Assembly: GCA_965222605.1 (NCBI GenBank)
Contig: OZ244960.1
Coordinates: forward strand, 3,136,001 to 3,200,000
Direction of reading: 5' to 3'
Length of the DNA: 64,000 nucleotides
Source: Candidatus Latescibacterota bacterium
GTDB taxonomy: Bacteria > Latescibacterota > UBA2968
Shown: in pieces, positions 28,150-37,965 of the stretch
How positions within the stretch are numbered: position 1 is the stretch's first letter
Layout of the letters: each line of letters opens with the position of its first letter
The notes under the pieces: generated by a model
Database searches by the model: none
What the model was told of the DNA's origin: nothing
The model's input: the letters and a program-made list of their open reading frames with translations, nothing else
Translations under genes and position numbers: made by a program

Positions 28150-28713
28150 TTACATTTCTTCTTCTATAGTTTTACGAAGCAGTAATTTTCCGCGGTACAG
28201 CCAGGTTTTTACTGTGCCTATGGGTACTTGCATGGCTTTTTCGATTTCGGCATACGAATAATCCTCGATATAACGCAGGCGCATGGCTTCGCGATATTGT
28301 TGTGGCAGTGTTTGTATGCTCTTGCGTACGAGGTGTTGGCATTCTCGTGCGTGCAGGGCGGTTTCCGGGTCTTGTGTGCAGGCTGGGGCGATTTTTTCTA
28401 TGCCTTCTGGGGAGTGAAAATAGGTTGCCCATTTGCGTCGCACGGATTGCGATTCGCAGTGCGAGAGGCATACGTTCATTGCTATGCGGGTCAACCAGGT
28501 TGAAAATGCCGCGTCACCGCGAAAGCGATTGAGTCCCTGGTATGCTTTTATAAATGCGATTTGAACCAGGTCGTCGATGTCGTCCTTGTTTTTTGTGTGG
28601 CTGGCTACAACCGAATAAATTCGGGCTACGTTTGCTTTGTACAGTTTGCCAAATGCGATCCCATCACCCATCCGCGCTTTTAGAATCATTGTCTGTTCTT
28701 CGTTCGGTGCCAT
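28150..28713 (-). CDS. ECF sigma factor (paralog of 13152..13733)
   Basis: GDGIAFGKLY, RFRGDAAFSTWLTRIA, VPIGTVKTWLYRG; GAGGAG RBS before ATG at 28713. Confidence 0.9.
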   Translation of the reverse strand: MAPNEEQTMILKARMGDGIAFGKLYKANVARIYSVVASHTKNKDDIDDLVQIAFIKAYQGLNRFRGDAAFSTWLTRIAMNVCLSHCESQSVRRKWATYFHSPEGIEKIAPACTQDPETALHARECQHLVRKSIQTLPQQYREAMRLRYIEDYSYAEIEKAMQVPIGTVKTWLYRGKLLLRKTIEEEM

Positions 28714-28828
28714 GATACTCCTCTTGTGTCGTGAGGTCATGTTGTTTTTGTTGTTCGTCCATTGTGTTTCGCACCGATTGTTGTTTGGGTGGTCCTCGAA
28801 TGGGATTGCGATGGTGGTAGGGGGCAAC

Positions 28829-28863
28829 AAAAAACCCGACATCGAATCTATCTCGATGTCGGG
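28829..28863 (-). terminator. Intrinsic terminator inside the ECF 5' leader
   Basis: CCCGACATCGA/TCGATGTCGGG 11-bp stem followed by TTTTTT. Confidence 0.75.
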
Positions 28864-29047
28864 CATATAGGGTGTAGGCACCAAAAACCCCACTCAGGGG
28901 TTGGCAAAATTTTAGCCTCCAGGGCATAATCGCCGCCTCCTGGAGGGATAATGGCGGTGTAAATAGACCATTTTATTTTACCTAAAGGTATTTAAATTCA
29001 GGTATTTATCTCCTAAAATCAGAGGGCTTTTGTTTTTGGGATTGGAC

Positions 29048-29076
29048 AATATAGCCCATTCTGTGTTTTCGTGCAA
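29048..29076 (-). promoter_or_regulatory. Sigma-70-type promoter upstream of the ECF leader
   Basis: TTGCAC-17 nt-TATATT on the minus strand. Confidence 0.55.
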
Positions 29077-29161
29077 GAAAAAATCTGTACCATACAAAAA
29101 AATTATTGTTTGGAAAATGAGGTGGGGTTGTTCACATTGTTAGCCTATATATTAGACCGGG

Positions 29162-29184
29162 TAGGTGAAAATTGTACGTCACGG
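29162..29184 (+). repeat. 23-bp direct repeat, copy 1
   Basis: TAGGTGAAAATTGTACGTCACGG, identical at 32607..32629. Confidence 0.85.
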
Positions 29185-29210
29185 GGTACGGCAAAAAGGG
29201 TTTTGTGTAA

Positions 29211-30161
29211 TCAAAACTGAACGACAAAATCAATATACGGAACGCCGGGAAAAATTGCTCCATCTCCTATCGTATTGATCAGCCCCAGATCTACGCTTAA
29301 TCGTTTGCCAAAAAATCGTATTCCATAAGAGATCAAGGGTTCGTCTATGCCGGGAAAGATCCAGTTTTCCGTAACAAATGCCGTCCGTCGCGTCAAGCGC
29401 TTCTCTCCTCCAATCATTACCATAGGGCGATCTGCCAAATTTCCGTCCACAAAACCATAACCAAGCCCTGCCGTCAGGCTGGCATCGGGTTGCCCAAATG
29501 TTGTTACACCATACAATATGCCCGCAACTTCAGGGTCATCTTGAAAGACATCATCGTCCCCAGGAATACGCACGAGAAGTGCGCCCATGGCAAAAGAGAA
29601 AGTCTTTTCCTGTACTAATCCGAATTTTGGTGCAACAAAAAATAATTGATCATTCATATCCACGCCGGGAAAGATGGAAAGTCCTCCTCCCAGAGTAAAG
29701 CGATCTGTGATCCCATAAGCAAAGCCTGGAAAAAAGAGATAATAATCAGAAAAATAACCTTTGCCCTGTTTCAGCATACGCGCCGTAGGTGCAAAGAATA
29801 GGCGTGTTATATTGGGATTTGCAAACCAGAGTTCTCCCTTTCGTATTAAGTCAACAGACACTGTTTCAATGTGTTTGATCTTTGAAATGGAAATGTGGAT
29901 AATGCCCAGGTCTGTCTTAAATGCGATCTCTTCAGTACCAATCTCCACAATGCGTCCGATATTTGTCGATCCATCGGTTGTTTCAAGCACCTGAATTTGA
30001 GTGGAATCGGGAATCGCCAACCGGGAGGTTAGGGAGGATGGTGCGTTCTTCGCGTGTTCTTCTGCAAAGATACTATTTAGAGAAATTGCAGTATAGATCA
30101 AGAGTAACCATTGCGCTCGTATCATGACGAAACCCTCTGGATAGGAGATTAAAACAAACAC
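29211..30161 (-). CDS. Exported/outer-membrane hypothetical protein (start uncertain)
   Basis: 316-aa ORF with a signal-like segment, amphipathic beta character and C-terminal Phe. Confidence 0.65.
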   Translation of the reverse strand: MFVLISYPEGFVMIRAQWLLLIYTAISLNSIFAEEHAKNAPSSLTSRLAIPDSTQIQVLETTDGSTNIGRIVEIGTEEIAFKTDLGIIHISISKIKHIETVSVDLIRKGELWFANPNITRLFFAPTARMLKQGKGYFSDYYLFFPGFAYGITDRFTLGGGLSIFPGVDMNDQLFFVAPKFGLVQEKTFSFAMGALLVRIPGDDDVFQDDPEVAGILYGVTTFGQPDASLTAGLGYGFVDGNLADRPMVMIGGEKRLTRRTAFVTENWIFPGIDEPLISYGIRFFGKRLSVDLGLINTIGDGAIFPGVPYIDFVVQF

Positions 30162-30251
30162 ATCAAGACCGTAAATTTGTCCTATTGTTCACGATTTGTC
30201 CCGTATAAAGTTTCAAAAAAGTGACAATTTTTCAGACACTGTCTGAAAATA

Positions 30252-30280
30252 AAAGCCCTGCTGGTTTAAGCAGGGCTTCG
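30252..30280 (-). terminator. Intrinsic terminator
   Basis: AAGCCCTGC/GCAGGGCTT stem with a T-rich tail on the minus strand. Confidence 0.6.
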
Positions 30281-30315
30281 ACGTAATTAGAGCAGAACCG
30301 GCCGTTTCCCGCTTT

Positions 30316-30663
30316 TCATAACTCAGAGACCGAAAGCACTGTGGTATAATACGCAAGCATGGCGTTGTCGGCGTCCGATTCAGTAATTTCATAAGGGATA
30401 GATTCAAATGATTTGTGCTCTTGTGCATCCAGTTCTTCTGAAAGGTAAAATTCATGAAGAATATCGTTTCTGCCAAAAGAAAAATTTCTGTCACCCTTAT
30501 CGGCTATACGCACATCCGCTAAGAATACGACAGCGGAAAATATGACTTTAACCTTTTTAGAGTGATGGTTCTGTAGTGATCCTCCGACAGTAACAATATT
30601 GTCTATTTTGCTCATAGATATACCACTTTCATCAATCTCTACTGCTGATGTATTCAGCATCAT
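30316..30663 (-). CDS. Hypothetical protein (AT-rich)
   Basis: 115-aa ORF with GAGGA RBS, followed by a terminator. Confidence 0.55.
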   Translation of the reverse strand: MMLNTSAVEIDESGISMSKIDNIVTVGGSLQNHHSKKVKVIFSAVVFLADVRIADKGDRNFSFGRNDILHEFYLSEELDAQEHKSFESIPYEITESDADNAMLAYYTTVLSVSEL

Positions 30664-30716
30664 AGTTTAATCCTCGTTTTTCCCATTCAGGATAGCTTAA
30701 TGGCGGTGAGATGCGA

Positions 30717-31007
30717 CTAACGAGGTATCAGCCGAATGTCCAGACGACAGCCAACAGCCTCTGCATATTTTTTGAGAGTGGCAAGAGAAGGAGAATGCTT
30801 TTTGTGGCGTCCCGATGCTTCAAGACGTGCAACTGCGGGTGTTTGGGTGCCCATCTTTTTTGCCACATCCGCCTGGGTTAAACCTGCATTCTTTCTGGCT
30901 CTGAGCATTTCATCAAAAAGCGCAAATTCGTCTGCAAGCGCGTCGTATTCAGCGACAAATTCTGGATCTTTCTTCCATTCATCAATCATTTCACGATGTG
31001 TTTTCAT
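30717..31007 (-). CDS. XRE/HTH antitoxin (HigA-like)
   Basis: RARKNAGLTQADVAKKMGT...VARLE; coupled to the upstream toxin. Confidence 0.85.
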   Translation of the reverse strand: MKTHREMIDEWKKDPEFVAEYDALADEFALFDEMLRARKNAGLTQADVAKKMGTQTPAVARLEASGRHKKHSPSLATLKKYAEAVGCRLDIRLIPR

Positions 31008-31326
31008 GTGCAATCTCCTTCTGACGTTTGCGCGCAATCTCCAATTCCTTTCGAGGCGTTTTTTCAGATTTTTTGATATAGGCGTGGAGCACAATCACCC
31101 TTCGAGCAACAACCGTACAAAAAAACGCACGTCCAATTCCTTCTTTACCTTTTGCTCGTATCTCGAATAAACCATTCCCCAACGCTCGTGTAAAAGGCAT
31201 TCCCAAATTTGGACCAAAAATCGAGATACGCTCTGTAATCCGGGCATAGACAGCTCGGATTCCCACAGGCCAGGCATTCACGATACTTTGGACGTTCTCA
31301 TTGTAATAAACAATTTTCCAATTCAT
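30991..31326 (-). CDS. RelE/HigB (Gp49-like) toxin
   Basis: GPNLGMPFTRALGNGLFEIR...VLHAYIKKSEKTP. Confidence 0.87.
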   Translation of the reverse strand: MNWKIVYYNENVQSIVNAWPVGIRAVYARITERISIFGPNLGMPFTRALGNGLFEIRAKGKEGIGRAFFCTVVARRVIVLHAYIKKSEKTPRKELEIARKRQKEIAHENTS

Positions 31327-31333
31327 ATCAAAA

Positions 31334-31351
31334 ATTAACAAATTTGTTAAT
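31334..31351. promoter_or_regulatory. Operator palindrome of the TA operon
   Basis: Perfect 18-bp palindrome ATTAACAAATTTGTTAAT just upstream of the toxin ATG. Confidence 0.7.
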
Positions 31352-31426
31352 AAAAAGCAACTCATAATTCTTCTTTTGATATTATACGGCAATGCCGTAT
31401 ATTTTATTTTTATAAGGAGATCGAAA

Positions 31427-31699
31427 ATGAATAAAAAGAACAGAAATATTGGTCAAGAAATTCTATCTGGCCTGCAGGAAATCAAGCGAGGCGAACACGG
31501 GCGTATTATCACAGTACCTGATATTGCCCAAACGAGAGCGAAAGTGGGTCTTTCTCAAACTCAGTTTGCCCAATTGATGGGTGTGTCTGTTCGAACATTG
31601 CAAGATTGGGAGCAGGGCCGCCGCCGTCCATCAGGTGCAGCCCGGACACTACTGATAATCGCAGACAAAAACCCTCAAGCGATATTGGATGTGATGTAA
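31427..31699 (+). CDS. XRE HTH protein (NadS/HigA-like orphan antitoxin)
   Basis: GLSQTQFAQLMGVSVRTLQDWEQGRRRPSGAA; AAGGAG RBS. Confidence 0.85.
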   Translation: MNKKNRNIGQEILSGLQEIKRGEHGRIITVPDIAQTRAKVGLSQTQFAQLMGVSVRTLQDWEQGRRRPSGAARTLLIIADKNPQAILDVM

Positions 31700-31720
31700 G
31701 AACCCGTTCTCTGGCGACGT

Positions 31721-32563
31721 TCAGGGCGCAGGTCGTCTCACTGTTTCTTCAAAGTAAGCTGCCTCTGGATTGTCAATCCAATCGCAAATCCAACCCAGTT
31801 CCTTTAGTCCGCTTTGAACAATCGGCAATGTCGCTCGCAATTCTTTTACCGGTACCCAGTCACGCCAGTGGCGGTCGGCTGGCGGGTCGAGAAATTCTCT
31901 AATGCCACCTACCGCCCGTTGAATCGACGGATATACCATTGCGCCCAGTTGTGTCTGTTTGGCCGCTTCAACCAGCCATTTGTCATAGGGAAACGGCTGT
32001 CTGTCGGCAACGCAGCATATTTTGCAGAGGTACTCGATGACGTTTCCAACCGCAACAAACGCCGTTTCCACCTTATTTCGAGCTGCCATAGCCAGTGGAC
32101 CGCGCTGCGAGTAATAATACTTGCCGAATAGCCACTTTAGCTTGCGCTCCGCGACCGCTGGCGGATATAGGCTATAGCGATGCTTCAGTTCTTCAGCGGT
32201 ACGTGAAGAACCGTAGAGAGTCCGCGAAGTGGCAACGACCCACATCATTTCATCTGGGTATGTCTCCAACCACGCCCGCAGATCCCCTTCATCATAAAAC
32301 GACCAGTGGGCTTCAGAATCGCCTCGATCGACGAAGAGTTGCTGGCTTTGTTCATAAGTCCTCCGGTCTTCATCGGAAAGGCGCTGCTTATCGCCAATGA
32401 TACACAGGTCGAGATCTGACCATGCATCGGCAAAGTTAGCAGCACGACTCCCAATCAACATGAGGACAGCACGTTCACCCATTTGTTGGCAAAAATCTAT
32501 GGCACGATCAATGAACTGTTGATCTTCTGGACTGAAACGAATCTCTTCTCTCATTGCAGACAT
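31721..32563 (-). CDS. Pol-beta-type nucleotidyltransferase (DUF4037-like)
   Basis: GSRAANFADAWSDLDL signature; PFPYDKWL. Confidence 0.75.
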   Translation of the reverse strand: MSAMREEIRFSPEDQQFIDRAIDFCQQMGERAVLMLIGSRAANFADAWSDLDLCIIGDKQRLSDEDRRTYEQSQQLFVDRGDSEAHWSFYDEGDLRAWLETYPDEMMWVVATSRTLYGSSRTAEELKHRYSLYPPAVAERKLKWLFGKYYYSQRGPLAMAARNKVETAFVAVGNVIEYLCKICCVADRQPFPYDKWLVEAAKQTQLGAMVYPSIQRAVGGIREFLDPPADRHWRDWVPVKELRATLPIVQSGLKELGWICDWIDNPEAAYFEETVRRPAP

Positions 32564-32606
32564 CTCCCTGACGAGTGTTGTCGAGATTATTCATGTTTAG
32601 ACTGTA

Positions 32607-32629
32607 TAGGTGAAAATTGTACGTCACGG
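32607..32629 (+). repeat. 23-bp direct repeat, copy 2
   Basis: Identical to 29162..29184. Confidence 0.85.
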
Positions 32630-32670
32630 CGTCTTGCATATCGCGCGTGTGTTCGGTATACTTTACATTC

Positions 32671-33204
32671 ATGAAAATTGATATTCGCTCTCTTAAATCA
32701 TCCGAGGTGTCTCGGCTTCAGTATTTGCCGTTTGGCCGGAAAGAAACGCATCGGCGGCGGTTTATGCTACAGAAATCTGGCAGGCTCATTTTTTTTGTGG
32801 CGTGGTGGGACAATTTGCCGGTGGCGCAGGTGTTGCTCAATTGGGAAGGTGGCGATGCTTCTGGTGTGCCACCGCAAGTACGACCGTGGCCCGAGGTGTC
32901 GTCGCTTTTTGTGCATCCAGATTATCGGCGAATGGGTATTGCTTCGCGGTTGTTAGACGTGTGTGAGCGGATCACATTTCAGCGGGGTTATGTGAATATT
33001 GGTCTGTGTGTTCATGTGGCGAATCAACCTGCGCTGAATTTATACGCTCGCCGCGGGTACAGAGATGCGGGATGGGATCCGTATTTGGCTCAGGGTGTTT
33101 ATATCGATCCCGATGGAGGGCAGAGTAACTGGAGAGAATTGCGTGTTTATTTGATTAAATCACTCAGGAAAAAAAATGAATCCAGATCCTTTTGTTCAGT
33201 TTGA
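32671..33204 (+). CDS. GNAT acetyltransferase
   Basis: LFVHPDYRRMGIASRLL, NQPALNLYARRGY. Confidence 0.85.
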   Translation: MKIDIRSLKSSEVSRLQYLPFGRKETHRRRFMLQKSGRLIFFVAWWDNLPVAQVLLNWEGGDASGVPPQVRPWPEVSSLFVHPDYRRMGIASRLLDVCERITFQRGYVNIGLCVHVANQPALNLYARRGYRDAGWDPYLAQGVYIDPDGGQSNWRELRVYLIKSLRKKNESRSFCSV

Positions 33205-33762
33205 TATGTGGTTTGAAGAGGCGAAAGCTTCAGAGTTGACACTGCCCGAAGCCGTGGCACTGGCAACGGCGACGAGCGATGGGCGGCCTTCGGTGCGTAT
33301 GGTGCTGGTGAAACAGTGCGATCGAGAGGGGTTTGTGTTTTTTACGAATCGCGAGAGTCGCAAGGTCGATGAATTGGCGGAGAATCCCAGAGCAGCCCTG
33401 CTATACCACTGGAAATCACTGGGCCGGCAGGTGCGTATTGAGGGGACGGTTGAGGCTGTCCCGGATGAGGTGTCCAGAGCGTATTTTGATTCTCGGCCCC
33501 GAGGTAGTCGCTTGAGTGCCTGGGCATCACCTCAAAGTAAAAAAATTCCCGATCGGGGATTTTTGGAAGATCGCGTGGCAGAATTGAGTCGGAAATATCC
33601 GGGAGACGATGTGCCGTTGCCGCATTTTTGGGGGGGCTATCGGGTGATTCCCGATCAGTTTGAATTTTGGGTGAATAGGGATGATCGGTTGCTGCCAACG
33701 ATCGGTTTTTGTATGTTTGGCAAGGTGATGGCGCGTGGAAGCGCGCTTTGCTGGCACCTTAG
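33176..33762 (+). pseudogene. pdxH: Pyridoxamine 5'-phosphate oxidase, frameshifted by a 5-nt insertion
   Basis: PSVRMVLVK, RQVRIEG, SAWASPQS, WGGYRV; removing TGCCA (33693-33697) restores RLHDR...LAP*. Confidence 0.85.
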
Positions 33763-33779
33763 GTATGAGGAGGATGGGA

Positions 33780-34502
33780 ATGACCAAACTCAGTGTAAAT
33801 TTGAATCGGGTGGCGCTGTTGCGGAATAGTAGGCCGCTTACAATGCCAAGTGTGACAAAGGCGGCGCAGGTGTGTATTGATGCGGGGGCGCATGGGATTA
33901 CGGTGCATCCCCGGCCCGATGAGCGGCATATTCGCAAGACTGATGTTTATGAGCTGAAAGAAATGATTTCGGGGGTGGAGTACAATATTGAAGGCAATCC
34001 CTTTCCCGATTTTATGGATATGGTGCGGGATGTGAAGCCAGACCAGTGTACGCTGGTGCCCGATGAACCCGATCAGAGTACGTCCGATCACGGTTGGGAT
34101 TTGAGGCGGGATGGGGAGAGGCTTGAGCCGATTATTGCTGAATTGAAAGATCTGGGCATCCGGGTTTCTTTGTTTATGGATCCGGTGCCGGAGGATATGG
34201 TTCTCGCAAAGGCTCTGGATGCGGATCGCGTTGAACTTTATACGGAGTCTTATGCTTCCGCATTTGAAGGGGGCAATGTGGGGCCTGTTTTTCGACAATA
34301 CGCGGATTCGGCTCGCGCGGCACAGGATGTCGGGCTGGGGGTTAATGCCGGGCACGATCTCAATCTCGATAATTTGGGGGAGTTTGTGACGATTCCCGGT
34401 ATTCTCGAGGTGTCTATTGGTCACGCGCTGATCGCAGATACTGTTTTTATGGGGTTGGAGAATACGGTGAAGGCGTATTTGAAGGTGTTGGGGTATGGGT
34501 GA
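33780..34502 (+). CDS. pdxJ: Pyridoxine 5'-phosphate synthase
   Basis: LSVNLN, GITVHPRPDERHI, NAGHDL, EVSIGHALI. Confidence 0.95.
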   Translation: MTKLSVNLNRVALLRNSRPLTMPSVTKAAQVCIDAGAHGITVHPRPDERHIRKTDVYELKEMISGVEYNIEGNPFPDFMDMVRDVKPDQCTLVPDEPDQSTSDHGWDLRRDGERLEPIIAELKDLGIRVSLFMDPVPEDMVLAKALDADRVELYTESYASAFEGGNVGPVFRQYADSARAAQDVGLGVNAGHDLNLDNLGEFVTIPGILEVSIGHALIADTVFMGLENTVKAYLKVLGYG

Positions 34503-34512
34503 GTGCTAATAA

Positions 34513-34541
34513 TTGACAAAGTGTTTTTATTTATGTATTAT
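34513..34541 (+). promoter_or_regulatory. Sigma-70 promoter of tig-clpPX
   Basis: TTGACA-17 nt-TATTAT. Confidence 0.75.
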
Positions 34542-34595
34542 TGCGAGTTGCTGATTAGTGAGTGAAGTATTATAAAGAAAGGATTACCCAACGCT

Positions 34596-35966
34596 ATGAA
34601 TGTGCAGGTGACCGAGTCGGGGCCGTGGCGTCGAACCTTAGAGATTGAGGCCCCGGCCGAAGACGTGGATAAGCGTCTCGATGACGCTTACAAAAAATAC
34701 AGCAAGACCCTCAATTTGCCGGGATTTCGCAAGGGTAAAGTTCCCCTGAGCGTTATCAAACGGCAATTTGGGCCGGCCATTCAGGGCGAGGTTGTCCAGG
34801 AGATGGTCGAGGAATTTTATCGGGAAGCCAGTGAAGCCGAGGGCATTCAACCCGTTTCTCAGGCGAGTATTGACGATATCAATTTTGAAGAGGGACAGCC
34901 TCTGGTGTTCAAGGCTTCTGTTGATATCCGCCCGGAGATAACTGTCGAGACCTATAAGGGGTTGAGGGTGACGCGGCCTGTGTTTGCGGTTGAAGACGAG
35001 CATGTTGATGGTCGGCTGCGGTATATGCAAGAGGAGAGTGCTACCGAGCAAGTCGTCGAGCGCGTTGCCGATCTTGACGATGTGGTTTTTGCCGATGTGG
35101 AAGAACTCGATGAGGACGGCAGTCCAGTGGCCGATCACAGGTCAGAAGATCAATCGATTCGGCTGTTTAAGACGGAAGACGACAAGCCGACGGAATTGGC
35201 AAAACAATTGATGGGTATTTCGGCCGGTGAAACCCGTGAGATTACTATTACGCGGCCTGTTCAGGATGAGCACGACCACGGGGATCACGAGGGTCACGAT
35301 CATGAGGAGCATGAAGGTCACGATCACGATGATCACGAGGATCACGACGAAGAACCCAAAGAAGAAACCGTGATGTTCCGCGTGACGGCCAAAGAAATAC
35401 GCGAGCGCGAGTTGTCCGAATTGAACGATGAATTGGCGCAGGATGTTGGCGGCGTGGAGACTTTGGACGAACTCAAAACGCAAATTCGCAATGAAATGCA
35501 GGCGCAGTACGATCATGCTATTCGCCAACGCGTTGAGGAAGGTTTGATGGATGCGCTAATTGAGGGGAATCCTTTTGAGGTTCCCGATAGCATGGTCGAA
35601 ACCTATCTCGAGGGTATGATCGAGTCGTATAAGCGAGAACACGCTGGTCACGATCATGGGATTGACGAAGATGCGATTCGCGAAAGTGGACGCGATCAAG
35701 CCGAACGCGGTGTCAAACGCTTTTTGTTGCTGGATGCTGTTGCAGATCAGGAAAATATTGAAGTGACGGATGAAGATCTGGACAAACATCTCGGAGAGAT
35801 GTCGCAACGGCACAATATTGAAGGACCGCGTCTGCGTCAAATTTTGAGTCGGACGGAGCAACTCGAGCAGATTCAGTCGGATATTAAAACTCAGAAGACT
35901 TTTGATTTTCTCATCGATAACGCAGATATTGAAGAGATTGAGGAAGTTGAATCAGATGGTGGATGA
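34596..35966 (+). CDS. tig: Trigger factor
   Basis: LPGFRKGKVP signature; tig-clpP-clpX synteny. Confidence 0.95.
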   Translation: MNVQVTESGPWRRTLEIEAPAEDVDKRLDDAYKKYSKTLNLPGFRKGKVPLSVIKRQFGPAIQGEVVQEMVEEFYREASEAEGIQPVSQASIDDINFEEGQPLVFKASVDIRPEITVETYKGLRVTRPVFAVEDEHVDGRLRYMQEESATEQVVERVADLDDVVFADVEELDEDGSPVADHRSEDQSIRLFKTEDDKPTELAKQLMGISAGETREITITRPVQDEHDHGDHEGHDHEEHEGHDHDDHEDHDEEPKEETVMFRVTAKEIRERELSELNDELAQDVGGVETLDELKTQIRNEMQAQYDHAIRQRVEEGLMDALIEGNPFEVPDSMVETYLEGMIESYKREHAGHDHGIDEDAIRESGRDQAERGVKRFLLLDAVADQENIEVTDEDLDKHLGEMSQRHNIEGPRLRQILSRTEQLEQIQSDIKTQKTFDFLIDNADIEEIEEVESDGG

Positions 35967-35999
35967 CGGAAGAGGCGGATTTTACATTTAAATAACAAA

Positions 36000-36629
36000 A
36001 TGGGGTTTGATGTGGCACTGGTTCCTACAGTTCTTGAACAAACAGGGCGTGGTGAGCGCGCTTATGACATTTTTTCGCGGCTGTTGCGCGATAATATTAT
36101 TTTTATTGGAACGCCGATCAACGATACGATTGCCAATCTGGTGATTGCTCAGATGTTGTTTTGCACATCTGAAACACCTGAGAAACCGATTCGGCTGTAT
36201 ATCAATTCTCCCGGCGGTAGTATTACGGCGGGTTTGGCGATTTACGATACGATGCAATACGTGCCCAACGATGTTGAAACGGTTTGTGTGGGTCAGGCTT
36301 TTTCACTGGGCGCAGTGCTTCTTGCAGGAGGTACGAAGGGGCAGCGCCGCGCATTGCCAAATTCGCGCATTTTGTTGCATCAACCCATTGGTGGTGCAGG
36401 CGGTCAGGCTTCGGATATCGAACGACACGCCGAAGAAATTTTGCAATATCGCGACCGTTTGAATGCCATTTTATCCGAATGTACAGGTCAGGATATTGAG
36501 CGCATAGAAAAGGATGCAGACCGCGATTTCTTTATGTCGGCTGAAGAGGCAAAGAACTATGGCCTGCTTGACGAAGTGCTCCTTCCCGATCAAGATCCCA
36601 AACCCGATATCGACGAAGCCTTGTCATAA
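36000..36629 (+). CDS. clpP: ATP-dependent Clp protease proteolytic subunit
   Basis: [27 protein letters not shown]. Confidence 0.96.
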   Translation: MGFDVALVPTVLEQTGRGERAYDIFSRLLRDNIIFIGTPINDTIANLVIAQMLFCTSETPEKPIRLYINSPGGSITAGLAIYDTMQYVPNDVETVCVGQAFSLGAVLLAGGTKGQRRALPNSRILLHQPIGGAGGQASDIERHAEEILQYRDRLNAILSECTGQDIERIEKDADRDFFMSAEEAKNYGLLDEVLLPDQDPKPDIDEALS

Positions 36630-36642
36630 GAGGTAGGGTGCT

Positions 36643-37890
36643 ATGAAACGACGGACTTCCAGAGCAGAAATTCGCTGTTCTTTTTGTGGCAAGAGTGCCG
36701 ATCAGGTCGATAAGATCGTCACTGGCCCGAGCGTGAATATTTGCAGTGAGTGTATCAAGCTCTGCAATGAAGTTTTGCGAGAAGACGATCTCAAAAAGCC
36801 CGTGACGCTTCACAAAGGGTTGCCCAAGCCGCAAGAGATTAAGGACCGTCTCGACGATTATGTGATTGGTCAAGAGCGCGCCAAGCGCGTTCTTTCGGTT
36901 GCGGTATATAATCATTATAAGCGCATTCGGTCCAATCAGTCTGCGGACGATGTAGAGCTCGATAAGAGCAATATTTTGCTTATAGGGCCTACGGGTACTG
37001 GCAAGACGCTTTTGGCGCAAACGCTGGCGCGTATTTTACAGGTTCCATTTTCGATTGCCGATGCCACTATTTTGACTGAAGCGGGATATGTTGGTGAAGA
37101 TGTTGAGAATATCCTGGTGCGCCTGCTTCAGGCGGCGGACTACGATGTGGCGCAAGCCGAGATGGGTATTTTGTATTTGGACGAGGTCGATAAAATTTCT
37201 CGAAAATCGGCCAATCCATCTATTACGCGCGATGTGTCTGGGGAGGGTGTTCAGCAGGCGTTGTTGAAAATTTTGGAAGGCACGGTGGCGAGTATTCCGC
37301 CCAAAGGGGGGCGCAAGCATCCCGAACAACCGCTGATTCAGCTCAATACGAAAAATATTTTGTTTATTTGTGGCGGTGCCTTTGATGGCCTGGAAAGCGT
37401 TATTAGCACCCGCATCGGCAAGAAGACCATTGGTTTTGGGTCCGATTCGACCGATTTGGATGAGCAAAATGTCGGTGAGATTTTCCAGCATGCCGAGCCA
37501 GAAGATTTGATCAAATACGGTCTGATTCCAGAACTGGTTGGGCGAATGCCCGTGATGTGTGCGTTGGGCAATCTGGACGAAACTGAATTGTTGCAGATTT
37601 TGACTGAACCGCAAAATGCAATTACCAAGCAATATCACAAGTTGTTTGAACTCGATGGGGTTGAGCTGACGTTTGAGGATGACGCGTTGCGCGAGGTTGT
37701 TCTCATTACTCAGGAAAAGGGTACAGGTGCGCGTGGGTTGCGGTCGGTTCTCGAAGCCATTATGACGGATTTGATGTACGATATCCCATCCGATGAGGAT
37801 ATGACCGAGGTCACGGTGACCTGCGATATGGTTCAAAACCGCAACAAGCCGCGTATTGAAGTTCTCGAATCGACACAAAAACGCGCTTAA
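36643..37890 (+). CDS. clpX: Clp protease ATP-binding subunit
   Basis: CSFCG zinc finger, [21 protein letters not shown] loop. Confidence 0.97.
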   Translation: MKRRTSRAEIRCSFCGKSADQVDKIVTGPSVNICSECIKLCNEVLREDDLKKPVTLHKGLPKPQEIKDRLDDYVIGQERAKRVLSVAVYNHYKRIRSNQSADDVELDKSNILLIGPTGTGKTLLAQTLARILQVPFSIADATILTEAGYVGEDVENILVRLLQAADYDVAQAEMGILYLDEVDKISRKSANPSITRDVSGEGVQQALLKILEGTVASIPPKGGRKHPEQPLIQLNTKNILFICGGAFDGLESVISTRIGKKTIGFGSDSTDLDEQNVGEIFQHAEPEDLIKYGLIPELVGRMPVMCALGNLDETELLQILTEPQNAITKQYHKLFELDGVELTFEDDALREVVLITQEKGTGARGLRSVLEAIMTDLMYDIPSDEDMTEVTVTCDMVQNRNKPRIEVLESTQKRA

Positions 37891-37917
37891 AAAGATAGAT
37901 ATTTCCCAAAGATGGGG

Positions 37918-37950
37918 AACCGGGGCCGAATTGGACCCCGGTTTTCGTTT
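37918..37950 (+). terminator. Intrinsic terminator after clpX
   Basis: AACCGGGG/CCCCGGTT stem followed by a T-rich tail. Confidence 0.6.
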
Positions 37951-37965
37951 GTGTGAAAGCTAATC

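Noticed and set aside
28860-28955. Canonical SAM-I riboswitch
   Set aside because: Only scattered motif resemblance; the P1 partner and consensus core are missing. Kept only as an unknown leader.
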